Shown: positions 13,741 to 30,350 of the stretch, piece by piece
Numbering within the stretch: the stretch's first letter is position 1
Layout of the letters: each line of letters starts with the position of its first letter
Assembly (NCBI RefSeq): GCF_009914755.1
Contig: NC_060947.1
Strand: one strand, 5' to 3'
DNA from: the human T2T-CHM13v2.0 reference genome, Homo sapiens
Length of the DNA: 64,000 bases
Program-made: the position numbers and the translations under genes
Notes under the pieces: model-generated
What the model was told of the DNA's origin: nothing
Databases searched by the model: none
Seen by the model: only the letters and a program-made list of their open reading frames with translations

Positions 13741-16700
13741 AGTATGTAAATCTGACTCTAATTGGGTGACAGGTGTGGCCCCAATCAGGTGACAGGCATA
13801 CCCTCACAGAAATGGTAAGGGGGCTAAGACTCTTGTAACAATAGAGGGGATGGATTTATGGTTTTTGACCCATTGTCTTTGTAAAGACTCCCTAGAAAAT
13901 GGTGAAGCTCTTGGCAATCAGAACAGATGCAGCCAGGGCTACCATATGCCATGAAAGAAAAAGAGCTTCTGGCAAAGGAAAATCATCAAACCAATGTCCT
14001 TACCCTATTACAGAATGGAAAATGTCAGCTTCCCTAGATTACAGGGTAGGGCTCCAAAGCAGAGAAAATTACATTCACACCAGAAATGGGAAATTTCTTC
14101 TCTGAGAAGATCTAAGCTGTCATTAGGAGAGTGGGTGGGTGGCTGTGACTTTTTTTTTTCTTCTGACATTCTTGATGAATCTCCTAAAATTCTAAGAGAG
14201 GTTTAGAAATGGATTAACCCTGTTATATCTTCTTCCCCAGAGATGTCCAGATAACTTCAGATAATTCATCCAATGACTGTGGAATAGGTAGGGGCATTTT
14301 GCCAGTGAAACAGTTAGTAGGTTGCACTAATGAACCAAGCACAGGTGTATTTACCTCAGGTAGGGTCTGGAAGTACCAAGGCTTGAGGAGCAGCTAATTC
14401 TTAATGTTCCCCAAAACAGCCTTCCAGTTGGAACTGGTGGAAGTAGTCAGCAGCCCCTCCTTCTAACTCATTTTGTTGTGTCAAGAGATGTTTTACTATA
14501 AAAGAGTTAAAGGAGGGAGCTGAAAGAGGGGAAATAAGGTGAGAATATTCCTGGGACACAAGAGGCGGATCAGCGAGCCCTGCCAACAGAGACGTAATAT
14601 GTTAGGCAGTGCACAGAGGGATTAAGACCATGGGCTGTGGCACCAAACAGACCTGATTTATATCCTGGCTCTGCCACTTAGGTCCTGGGCCAATTTTAAA
14701 TGGAATTAAAACAATACTGATTTCATGCAGTCTTTGTGAGGAGAAAAATGAGAATGCATACTTAAAGCAGGTAGCACATTGCTTGGCACATAGGAAGTGC
14801 TAAAAGTAGCAGTAGTTATTATGGGCTCTTCAGCAGACCATTCAAAGCCCTTCCCAATTCAACCCAAGTTTATTTTTCTAGCTTTATTTCCCGTTACTGA
14901 ATAGCCACATATCATATGCCTGGCCACATAGGGCCCACAGAACTGTTCACCAGCCCCAGGTTTCATCATACTTATCTACATCTTACATTCTTTGCTTATG
15001 CTCATCTTTCTGCCTAGTATACCCTTCCTTTTTTTCTGCCGGGTAAAAACCATTTACGCATCAGGGCCCAGTTAAAGTTCCACCACTACTGTAAGGCTTT
15101 CACCTTTTTTTTAATCCAGGTGAGATTAACACTTCCCTTTTTGTATTCCTGTTGCATTTTTTATCATAATGTGTTAAGTGCCATACTAGCATTATCAACA
15201 GCTGTACCGGTGTTAGTAATCTAAATGAATTTGTGAGAACAAGGGCTCTGTTGTATTTTTATATCACTAGCACGGTAACTGGCATGTAGTAAGCATTCAT
15301 TAGAGTTTATTGACTAAAACTGGATTTGTCAAGACTATTGACACCTATTCCACCTATTTCACAATAGGCTACCATAAAGAAAAATTGTGGGAATAAATGT
15401 GAAAACACTAAAAATAGGATAATTTGTACAAATGTAAGGTCTTCTTTACCCAGAATTCATGCTGGAGAATCTAAATAAACAGAATTTTTCTCTAGTCCTG
15501 GCAAATGATAATCTATATGCATATTAATGATCCCAGTGCATTTACAGCTCATGAAGTGCCTTCTGAATTATCATGAACTTTTACGAAAAGAAAACTGTTC
15601 TGGTTCTTTGGTATTTGGGAATTTGTGGACAACGTAAATGATACAGATTTTTATGTCACTGAAACATTTACTATACCAAGATACCTCAATCCCAAACTAC
15701 TCTGGAGAAATGGGACTTTGACGTCTACAGGAATGAGTGGGAAAATTAGCAACCTAACTAGCCTCCACAGTGAACGCTGATATGAGTGAGGCCAGGACAC
15801 CCCTTCTTGAGCACACACCATCATTCTTGTGTATAGTACACAGAGCTGATGATGTTCTTCAGTTTGGAATTTGGTTCCACACATTTATTCTCAATGGTTT
15901 TGTGTTTGAGTCTGATTTTGACTTCTACTACATAAGCTCTGTAATAAGGAACTTGGTCTTCTATTTACGTGTTATCCACAACAGTGCTTAGCAGAATTGC
16001 TGGATGCATTGGAACTCTTGATAAGTAGTGGTTGAACATAACTGAATTGAGGGAAATATGTAAAGCAGTTAATGCATAGAATAAAGAGACAGTTTAGCCC
16101 AACAAAAATATTGAAGAAACAGATGGATCAATCTGAGAATCAATTTTGTCCAATTTGGTAATAATATTTTAATAATTCTATTGCTAACAATATTTGTATA
16201 AGGTTTGTTATTTATGAAGTGTTTTCATAATCTCTTTCTCTGAAAATAACAAATCTGAGTGAAAACAGATAGTCAAGTGTCTAGCTGTCCAATAAATAAT
16301 TAAAGTGAAAAATATTATTTCTAAGAAATAGAGGAGCAAAAATTAACATTTATAGAGTGACTACTATAAAATAGGCATGCTTCTAAGTACTTTCTAGGTA
16401 CTCTCTTATTTAATCCTTTCAACAACCCTGTGAAAGAGGTATGCAGCACTGCAGATGGCCACTACCAATTGACAAGATTTGGCATGTGAAATGAAACCTA
16501 TTTGCTATCTATGACCCAGAAAACAGGGATTATTTGCAAGCTGAGAGATAGCTGGCATCATAGATAGCAAACTCTAATAATCACTGTGTCTGTAGTATTC
16601 TGATGCTAGTCAGCAAAGGGGGGTTCCTTCCCTGGTCTTATCTTTTATTGTTGCTCTGGTCGTCTCTGACCCACCACCAGCAATTTTTTTTCTAAGTAAA

Positions 16701-19700
16701 AGAAAATAAATTTACTAGGCATGAGGCACCTTAAAGAGGGCCTCAGGGATAAAGATCAGTGTTGTCCACTGACTTCTTGTACATCCAAGCCCTCAAAAGC
16801 CTTAAGAATATAATGTTGACTATAAACTCTTAAGAGTCTAGATTCTGCTTGTAAATTGCTCCTTTAGTTTCAGTTCTCCCCTGCAAGCTAAGATGTAGCT
16901 GGAAAAGAATTGGATTATGATTAAGATGGACCTGGCTTCTAGTGCTGTGTTTGCATCCTTAGTTATAGTTTTCCTCCCTGAGCCTCAGCTTTCCCATCTG
17001 AATAATGGAGATAGTAATACCTACCTCAACTACCAAGTGGCTTGTTATGAAAGTGTTAAGCTATTTGTTTTCTTTTTTGATTATTTTATTTTATTCTATG
17101 TCACTGTTACTCAAATATTTTGTCCCACATTGCTGGGTGGAATTATGTTTGGCTCAAAATAATATTTAAATTGAGTGATTAATTTACAAGCATGTCTTTG
17201 TGTTGTTTTATTTCATTGTGTGTGGGGGGGGGGATGGGATTCCTATGATTTTTATGCCAAAATGTAAATGACAGGAGAATCAATTGACTCACTCCTTAAC
17301 CATGTGTCTGGTGATAGATCAATTCCTTTCAGGTATAGATAAAGGGACTTGGTCGATGCATGTGGATTATGGATGTATGAAGGCAAAGCAACTTACCGAT
17401 CTCCCCAAGTACTTAGCTGTCAACTCAAACTAGTCTTTGACAGGAAAGGAAGTGGAGGTTCATAGATTCTATTGGTCAATAGCACCCCCTGCCCCCCGCC
17501 CAAGTGCCCTGGTTATATAGCATGAGCTTACATACAAAGATCAAATAATACTCCAGTTTTATGGAAGACTCAATCCACTCAGACCATTAGGCTGTACTAA
17601 AAATGGATTCTTTTATAAAGAAGTTCTGGGCTGTCACCTGAAAATTGTATCTTTACCTCTATGTGAAACTCTCATTGCAAGGAACCTAGAAGTTTGTGCT
17701 TGATAAATCCCATACTGACCAACTGTACTCAACATTTTGTGCTGTATTGACTTCTTGTTTTGGCCACCTTGTGTTCTTGATTCTTGTTTTAGGGGATGTT
17801 TCTAGTTTCCTAGGGCTCCACAAGGATGTCTCATGAGCTTCCTTATGTGATTTTAAAAGTGGTCTTGCTACAAATGAATTAATGCAAAATTTGAAAAATA
17901 TACTATGTGGTTTATCTTCCCTGGCTTCAAATCCCTATTTCATTCAAACTAGTACATTTGTCAATTGACATCTTGCCCAGGTCCTGGGGCTGTACTTACT
18001 TAACATCCTACCTATCTAATATCCTAAAACCCAGAATTTGGTCATAACTTACATGGGTTGTACTTTCCCATGTTTTCTCTCTCTGCCAGTTTCATTTTCC
18101 AATCAGGATACTCAGTCCCGATTGCTGAAACCAGTCTTTAGTTCGTGTACCTGATGTCTGGGATGATTTTGTAAACTCCCCTCATAGAGTAATCAGAATC
18201 AACCATATAAATCCAAAAGGACAGTTTTTTCCAGTTGGAACTTAATACTTGTAGACTTAATATAAATGAAAGAACATAAATTAATTCAAATACAGTTATA
18301 ACAACCCCAGGACATGCCGGGAAGAGTGTTGATGAAAAATCTTTAATAAATATGCTATTTACAAGGCAGCAAATGCACAGATGTTGTTAATATCTTTGGG
18401 GAGCTTTGGCTTTAACAGAATTATTTCCACTTACAGATTCTCTTTGGTCTAGCTAAACACAATCTGATTAACCTTCTGGACTTTGAGTTGTAGAAAAGTT
18501 CACAGGCATTGCAAACCACTCATTGAAAACATAAAGTCTGATTATCATTGTGTGAGGAGGTTGAAAATAAATCTTCTGGTAACTGCTACATCTGAGGTTG
18601 TAGTGAATGATCTTCTTGGATTAGTACCCAAGACATGAATCTTTCATGTGCACAGTTCTGCTAAGGTTGCAACTAATCTGAAGCATACTGGGTAGCAATT
18701 TAATAAATGGCCCCATGTGAGAAGCAGGTTAAAAGCACTAATGTCATAATGTCTACCTAGGAAAAAGGCTTTCGATTGCCTGGATTTTCTTTTTTTCTAA
18801 CATATGGGAAAGGTATAGAAAGAGTAGGGCTGGGAATTTAAGAAATATTTTACTGAAGTTGGTTTTTTTACATTAATATATTTTATTTTTAGAGCAGTTT
18901 TAGGCTCATAACAAAATTGAGCAGAAAGTACAGAGAGTTCTCATATATTCTCTGACCCCCTCGCCTCCCACAAACTCCCCCATTATCAACATCCTGCACC
19001 ATAGTGGTACATTTTTTATGATGGATGAAGCTACATTGATGCATTATTATCATCCAAAGTCCATGGTTGACATTAGGATTCACTCTTGCTGTTGTACATT
19101 CTATGTGTTTTGATAAATGTATAATAGCATGTATCTATTGTTGTACTATTGTACAGTATAGTTTCACTGCCCTAAAATCCTCTGTGCGCTGCCTATTCAT
19201 CCCTCCCTTTCCTCTAGCCCCTGGCAATCACTGATCTGTCTACTTTCTCTGTACCTTTGCCTTTTCCAGAAGGTCATATAGTTGGAACTATACAGTAATA
19301 ACCTTTTTAGATTGACTTCTTGCACTTTGTAATATGCATTTAAGTTTCCTTTATGTGTTTTCATGGCTTCGTTGCTCATTTCTTTTAGTGCTGAATAATA
19401 TTACATTATCTGGATGTACCCCAGTTTATTAATTGAGTCGCTTTTATTAATCTTGGTTACTTCCAAGTTTTGGTAATTATGAATAAAGCTACTGTAAACA
19501 TCAGTGTGCAAATTTTTGTAAGGACTTAAGTTTTCAATTCCTTTAGGTAAGTACCAAGGAGTGTAATTGCTGGATCATATGGTAAGAGGACGATTAGTTT
19601 TGTAATAAACCACCAAACTGCCTTCCATAGGGGTTGTACTGTTTTGCATTCTCACCAGCAATGAATAAGAGTTCCTGTTGTCCACATCCTGTCCAGCATT

Positions 19701-20943
19701 TGGTGTCGTCAGTGTTTGGGATTTTTGGCTACTCTAATAGATATGCAGTAATAACTCACTGTTATTTTAATTTGCAATTCTCTAATGACATATGATGTTG
19801 AATACCCTTTTATATGCTTTCCTACCATCTATATATCTTCTTTGGTGAGATATCTGTTCAGATATTTTGCTTACTTTTTAATCAGGTTTTTAAAAATTTC
19901 CTTATTGTTGAGTTTTAAAGATTCTTGGTATATTTTGGACAACAGTCCTTTATCAGCTGTGCCTTTTATAAATATTTTTCCCAATCTTCAGCTTATCTTC
20001 CCACTCTCTTAACATTGTCTTTCACAGAGCAGAAGGTTTTTATTTTAATGAAGTCCAGCTTCTCAATTATTTATTTCTTGGTTTGCACATATGATGTTGT
20101 ATCTAAAGTCATCGCCATATCCAAGGTCATAAAGGTTTTCTCCTATATTGTCTTCTGGGAGTTTTATTGTTTTTCATTTTTAATTTAGGTCTATGATACA
20201 TTTAGTGTTAATTTTTTGACATGTATAAGGTCTGTGTTTAGATTCATGATTTTTGCATGTGGATGTCCAGTTGTTCTAGCACCATTTGTTGAAAAGACTG
20301 TCTTTACTCCAGTGTATTGCCTTTGTGCTTTTATCAAAGATCAGTAGGCTATATAGGTCTATTTCTGAGATCTCTATTCTATTTCATTAATTTATTCATT
20401 TATTCTTTCACCAATACCACATTGTTATCTTTATATTAAAATTTGAAATCCAGTAGTATCAGTCCTCTGATTTTGTTCTTCTCCATATACATTTTAGAAT
20501 TAGTCTGATGATAGCCACTAAACAGCTTGCTATGATTTTTGATTTGGGATTGTGTTGAATACATAGATCAAGTTGGAAAGAACTGACATCTCGAACATAT
20601 TGAATCTTCCTATCCTTGAATCTGGAATAGCTCTTTATTTATTTAGTTCTTCTTTTACATATTTTATCAGAGTTCTGTAGTGCTTCTATAAGGATCTTGT
20701 ACATGTTTTTAAAGATTTATACCTAAGTATTTTATTTTGGGGGTGCCAGTGTAAACGGCAATGTGTTTTTAATCTCAAATTCCACTTGTTAATTGCTGTT
20801 ATATAGGAAAGCAGTCAGATTTTTCTACATAGATGATCATATCACCTGCAAAAAAAGAAGTTTTATTTTTTATTCCCTATCTATCTATATTTATTTCATT
20901 TTCTTGTCTTGTTATATTAGGTAGGGCTTTCAGTACAACGTTG

Positions 20944-21015
20944 AACAAACCTACATGTTCTGCACTTGCATCCCGGAACTTAAAGTAAAACAAAACAAAA
21001 TGAAATGAAATAAAA
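20944..21015 (+). mobile_element. Very short L1PA 3'-terminal fragment with degenerate A-tail
   Basis: AACAAACCTACATGTTCTGCACTTGCATCCCGGAACTTAAAGTAAAACAAAACAAAATGAAATGAAATAAAA resembles the last ~50 nt of an older L1PA 3'UTR plus tail. Confidence 0.8.
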
Positions 21016-21874
21016 TCAGAATAGGCCTGTATCTGTTAAAAAAATCAAATAAACAAGTAATTACCTCCAAAAAACAGAAGGCACCAGGCCCAGATGAGTT
21101 TAGCAGTGAATTCTACAAAACATTAAAGAAAGAAATTATACCAATTCTCTACAATATCTTCTAGAAGATATAAGCAAGGGAAATACTTCCTAACTCTTAC
21201 ATGAGAACAGCATTACTCTAATATTAAAACCAGATAAAGTCATTACAAGCAAAGAAAACTGAGGCCCAATATTTCTTATAAGCACAAATGCAATAATCTT
21301 TGACAAAATATTAGGGAACAAAATCCAACAATGTATAAAAATCATTACACACTATGACCAACTGGGATGTATGCCAGGTACCCAAGGCTGGTTCAACATT
21401 CAAAAATCAATTAATGTAATCCTTCACATCCATAGGCTAATAAAGAAAAACATCACATGATCATATCAAGAGATGCAGAAAAGCAGGTTGACAAAATCGA
21501 ACATCTATTCCTGGGAAAAATTCTCAGCCAACTAGGAATAGAGAAAAAAACCTCTCAATTTGATAAAGAACATCCTTATCTATTGCTTACCTAGAGCTAA
21601 CATCATACTTAATATGAGAAACTCAAAGTTGTCCTGCTAAGATCAGGAACAAAGCAAGGTGTCATCTCTCACTACTAGTTTTCAACGTTGTACTGAATAA
21701 TTTTTACTATTTATTTTCTCCTACTTTGGATTTTTTTCTTATTTTTCTAGTTTCCTAATTAATAATTTAAAATTTTTCTTCTTTTCTAATATATGCATTT
21801 AATGTTATAAATTTCCCTTTAAGAACTGCTTTTGCTGCATTCCACAACTTCTGATAAAATGTGTTTTAATTTTT

Positions 21875-22462
21875 TTATTTTGTTATTTTATTATTATTTC
21901 AGTAGTTTCTGTGGTACAGGTGGTTTTGGGTTACATGGATCAATTCTTTAGTGGTGATTTCTGGGATTTTGGTGTACCTATCACCCGAGCAGTGTATACA
22001 GTACCCAATATGTAGTCTTTTATCCCTCATCCCCCTCCCACCCTTCCCCTCTGAGTCCCCGAAGTCCATTATATTATTCTCACACATTTGCATCCTCATA
22101 GCTTAGCTCCCACTTGTAAGTGAGAACATGTGATATTTGGTTTTCCATTCCTGAGTTACTTTACTGAGAATAATGGCCTCCAGTTCCATCCAAGTTGCTG
22201 CAAAATACATTATTTTGTTCTTTTTCATGGCTGAGTAGTATTCCATGGTGTATATATACCACATTTTCTTTATCCATTCATTGGTCAGTGAGCACTTAAG
22301 TTGGTTCCATATCTTTGCAATTGCAAATTGTGCTTTTATAAACGTGTGCACATTCATCTTTTTCATATAATGACTTCTTTCCCTTTGGGTAGATACCCAG
22401 TAGTGGAATTGCTGGATCAAATGGTAGTTCTATTTTTAGTTCTTTAAGAAATCTCCATACTG
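21875..22462 (-). mobile_element. L1PB (L1PB1-like) 5'-truncated element
   Basis: GGTACAGGTGGTTTTGGGTTACATGGAT...CCCGAGCAGTGTATAC...CATAGCTTAGCTCCCACTTGTAAGTGAGAAC; ORF2 C-terminus remnant (WIKKMWYIYTMEYYSA). Confidence 0.85.
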
Positions 22463-24712
22463 TATTTTCATTTTTATTTAGTTTAAAATATTTTTAAAAT
22501 TTCTCTGAAGATGTCCTCTTTGACCCATGTATTTTTTAGAACTGGGTTGTTTAATCTCCAAGTATTTGGGATTTTCCAGCTACCTTTCTGTTATTTATTT
22601 TTGGTTTAATTGTACTGTGGTCTTAAAGCAGACATTGCATGATTTCCATAACTTTAAATTTGTCAAGGGGTATTTTCTGACCCACAGTGTAGTCTATCTT
22701 GATGAATGTTCCATGTGATCTTAAGAAGAATGTAGATCCTGCTGTCAGGTGAATTTTTCTATAGATGTCAATTGTATAGAGTCGTTTGATGGTGCTTTTG
22801 AGTTCAACTATGTCCTTGCTGATTTTCTGCCTGCAAGGTCTGTCCTTTTCTAAGATAGAAATGTTAAAGTCTCCAACTATAACAGTGGATTCATCTATTT
22901 CTTCTTGCAATTCTATCAGTTTTTGCCACAGGTATTTGGAGACTCTCTCATTAGGCACATATACACTAAAGATTGCTAGGTTTTCTTGTGTTGTCCCTGT
23001 ATTTTTCTGTAATTCCCCTTTACCCCTAATAACTTTCCTTGCCCTGAAGTCTGCTGTGTCTTAAATTAATATAGCTACTCCTACTTTTAAAATGAGTGCT
23101 AGAATGGTATGTCTTTCTTCTTCCCTTTACTTTTAATCTAAATGTGTCTTTATATTTAAAGTGGATTTCTTGTAGACAACATATACTTGGGTCTTGTTTT
23201 TCGATACACTCTGACAGTCTGTCTTTAAATTGAGGTAATGAGACCATTGATGTTTAAGGTGATCATTGACATGGTTGGATTAATATCTACTATATTGTTA
23301 CTGTTTTCTTTTTATTGCCCGTGTTCTTTGTTTCCTCTTTTATCTTCCACAGATTTTCAGCCTTTTTTTGGTTTTAATTAAACATCTTATGAGATTCCCT
23401 TTTCTCTCCTTTCTTAGAATATTAATTTTATTTCCTTTTATAATTTTTACCCTTTTATAATTTTTAATGGTTGCCTTAGTGTTTGCAATATACATTTATA
23501 ACTAACCCAAGTTGACTTTTAAATAACACCATACCATTTCATGGATAACACAAGTACCTTATAATAACGAAATATTCCTAATTCCTCCCTCATTTCCCTT
23601 GTATCATTGTTGTCATGTATTTCACTTATACCTAGGCATACATAAGCAAATTTATGTTGCCATTATTATTTAAAACAAACTGTTGTCAGTTAGATCAGTT
23701 AAGCCAAAAAAAAAATAAAAATTTTTATTTCACCTTTACCTATTACTTTTCTAATACTCTTCCTTATTTTATGTAGATCTGGGTTTCTGACGAATACCAT
23801 TCTGCTCTCTACAACACTTAGCATTTGTTGCAAGGCATGTCTACTGGCAACAAATTTCCTCAATTTTTTTTTCATCTGAGAAATTATTTTTTTCCTTCAC
23901 TTTCAAAGGATAATTTTACAGTGTATAGAATTCTATGTTGGGAGAGGAGTTTTCTGTTAACATCTTAACTATTTCACTCTACTCTCTTCTTGCTAGCATG
24001 GTGTCTGAATAGAAATGTGATGTAATTCTTATTTTTGTTTCTCTATAGATAAGACTTTTTTTATCTCTTGCTTCTTTGAGGATATTTATTTATCTTTGAT
24101 TTTCTCAAGTTTAAATATAATATGCCTAGGTGTATTTTCTGGCGTTTATCATGCTTAATGTTCTCTGAGATCACTGGATCTGTGGTTTGGTGTCTGCCAT
24201 TAATTTGAGGAAAATTCTCAGTCATTATTGTTTCAAATGTTGCATTTGTTCTTTTCTCTTTTTCCTCTCCTTCTGGTATTCTCATTACATAGGTGTTATG
24301 CATTTTTCATTTTCCCACAGTTTTTGGATATTCTGTTCTGGAGAGTTTTTTCTCGGTCTTTTTTCTTTATTCTTTTTTCAAATTGAGAAGTTTCTATTAT
24401 GATTTTTTTAAGCTCATAGATTCCATCCTCTGCTATGTCCAGTATATTAATTAGGTCATCAAAGGCATTCTTCATTTCTGTTCCAGCGTTTTTTATATAT
24501 GGCATTTCTTTTTCTTTCTTAGAATTTTCATCTCTCTGCTGACATTATCCATCTGTTCTTGAACGTTACCTGCTTTTCCAATTAAAGCCTTTAGCATATT
24601 TATCATGGTTTTAAAAATTTATTGTTCTGATAATTCCAACATTACTGCCATATCTGACTCTGGCTCTGATGCTTGTCTGTTTTCTTCACGATGTGTTATT
24701 TTTTTATCATTT

Positions 24713-25003
24713 TTTCTTGAGACGGATTCTCACTCTGTCACCCAGGCTGGAGTGCAGTGGCACAATCTCGGCTCACTGCACTGGGCACTTTCTGGGCACA
24801 AGCAATCCTCCCACATCAGATTCTGGGATTACAGCTGGGATTACAGGTGCAAGCCATCATGCCCTGCTCATTTTTTTGTATTTTTTGTAGCGATGGAGTT
24901 TCACCATGTTGCCCACGCTCTTCTAGAACTTCTGGACTCAAACAATCCACCTGCCTCAACCTCCCATAGTGTTGGGATTACAGGCATGAGCCACCATGCC
25001 CAT
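24713..25003 (-). mobile_element. AluJ-like element
   Basis: Diverged Alu dimer (CAAGCAATCCTCCCAC, GGACTCAAACAATCCACCTGCC). Confidence 0.9.
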
Positions 25004-25838
25004 ATCTTTTAGTATGCCTTGTAATTTTTTGTTGAAAGATAGATATGATGTATTGGGCAAAAAGATCTGTGTCAAAAAGGCCTTTAGTAATGTAGCAGTA
25101 AGGTGGAGGGGAAGAGTTAGCATTCCATAGTCCTATGATTAGGTATCAGCCCTTTAATAAGCATATGCCCCTGGACTGTGAACTTCACCAGTGTTTCTGT
25201 TTTCTTTTTTCTCTCTCTCTCTTTAGGTACCACAGGATGACTGAAGGGGTTTGGATTTGTATATTTCCCTTCTCCTACATGGTAGGTTGGAGGGGGCTGG
25301 ATTTGCATATTTCCTTTCATCCAGGAAGATTAGGCTTTGGTACAACCCTAGCTTGTTAGGCTCTGGTGAAAAAAAAAAGTTTTTGTTAAAGGCAGGCATT
25401 GTTAAGAAGAACAGAATGCTCTGGCTTATTTTAAAATGTTTCATATTTCTTCTCTACCAGAAGAATAAAGGGAATTTTCTACAGTATTCACTGTGAGGAC
25501 CTAGTAGAGCTCCTGGTAATAAAACTTACAAAAATGTGGAAGCCCCATGACAGAGTCGCCCTGGAGTTTTTAACCCTTGCTTGTCCACATTAAGCCTCCA
25601 GCAATTTGTCAATTACAATTCAGGTTTTCCTACTGCAGCACTGGTTCCTATGGAAATTTCTGCTCCTGGGTTTCTGCTTTTGTATGTTGGAATTCTCTCC
25701 ATCTGCCTGTCTGTCTCTCTAATTTAGGGGGCAGCAGTTTGCCCTGTGACCTCACTTCTCTGACACATTTAAGAAGAGTTGTTTGTCTTTTTCAGTTTGT
25801 TTAGCTTTTTATTTGTTGTTAGGCCTGAGTGGTTCTTT

Positions 25839-28801
<2,963 letters not shown>

Positions 28802-28935
28802 TTATTTCTAAAGCTTCTTACCTGCTGGACCAGAAACCAGAAGTAAAGCTTGGAATTTTAGAAACAAATTATTGTTATCTTCTGGGCACTTTGTTTACCA
28901 TGGATCTCTTCGGCATCAGCTTAGTGAGTCTTGGG

Positions 28936-29315
28936 TATATTAGTCTGTTCTCACACTGCTGTGAGGAAATATCCGAAACTGGGTAATTTATAAAGGAAAA
29001 GGGATTAATTGACTCACAGTTCTGCATTGCTGGGAAGGCCTCAGGAAGCTTACGTCAGGTGGGAGGCAAAGGAGAAGCAGGCACCTTCTTCATATGGCAG
29101 CAGTATGGAATGAGTGCAAGCAGGGGGAAATGCTGTAAATGCTTATAAAACCATCAGATCTCATGAGACTCACTCATTGTCATGAGAACAGCATGGGGGA
29201 AACTGCCTCCATGATCCAATTACCTCCACCTGGTCCCATCCTTAATACTTGGGGATTATGAGAATTACAATTCAAGGTGAGATTTCGGTTGGGACACAGA
29301 GCCAAAACCATATTA
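28936..29315 (-). mobile_element. THE1/MST MaLR solo LTR (THE1D-like)
   Basis: TATATTAGTCTGTTCTCACACTGC...GGGACACAGAGCCAAAACCATATTA; TSD TTGGG / CTGGG. Confidence 0.88.
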
Positions 29316-30047
29316 CTGGGTAAAGTCACACTAATATTAGTCCACCACCCCACCACCAACCAACACTACCAAGCATCCTTGTATACTGACAACCCCTTGC
29401 ACATGTTTCAATTCTTCAGAACATGCTCAGATTGAATGTCCACTGTGTATTCATTCAGTTTTCTCAAGGAGATAGCTGCATGTTTTTGGAGTGCCTGTGT
29501 GATTATTTATAATTTATGGTACAACCTTTTTTGCAGTTACTATTAGTATCTTCTTGAGAGTTCTAAAAAATAACATTACTGTCTTTGGGGAGAATTTGTT
29601 TTCATTGTAGGAAAATACATTTCGTAAAGGCAATAAATTTGAAAGAAGTAATTGCTAACAAACTCCCATGCCCTCATGATACATCTCCAAGTAATTGGAT
29701 TCCCTTGAATTTGAGCTCATTCTCAGTAGGAGAGATGGAGGTAAAAGGAAAGTGGAAAGTTCAGAAGGTAAAGCTCAAGAAAAACTCAGTGTTAGAAGGA
29801 AGCTAGAAAAAGTCCGAAAAGAGACAAGTGATATTATCTTGAGAACTATTGACAAAGCATAAACAAAAAACTTTTAAAATTTGTTTTTTAAGCTTCATTT
29901 TTGCCTAAGGATATAATTCATTAGGTTATTAAATCCATACATGCATGCTTTACTTCTCCCTTCTGTTCCTTTAAGAAAAATATTTATCAGATGGTCATGT
30001 TCAAACTTCACAGTTTTGCTTATTGATTGATTCTAAATGCCATACTA

Positions 30048-30350
30048 GGCCCAGCGCGGTAGCTCACACCTCTAATTCTAGCATTCCGGGAGGCCGAGGC
30101 GGGCAGATCACCTGAGGTCAGGAGTTCGAGACCTGTCTGACCAACATGGTGAAACCCCCTCTCTACCTAAAATACAAAAATTAGCCTGGCATGGTGGTGT
30201 ATGCCTGTAATCCCAGCTACTCAGGAGGTGGAGGCAGTAGGATTGCTTGAACCTGGGTGATGGAGGTTACAGTGAGCCGAGATCGTGCCACTGCACTCCA
30301 GTCTGGACAACAGAGACTCCATCTCAAACATAACAAAACAAAAAAAAAAA
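30048..30350 (+). mobile_element. AluSx-like
   Basis: Alu dimer with GATCACCTGAGGTCAGGAG; TSD approximately CCATACTA. Confidence 0.95.

Noticed and set aside
13530-13769. YI-repeat ORF
   Set aside because: Translation of an Alu plus (TA)n.
13750-18860. Repeat-poor blocks (also about 34200-35100 and 52100-53450) as possible non-coding exons, enhancers or pseudogenes
   Set aside because: I could not recognise any exon, RNA gene or protein homology by eye; conservation or expression data would be needed.
24605-25012. 135-aa ORF and similar ORFs at 11954, 40687, 46255 and 46813
   Set aside because: Typical antisense-Alu translations.
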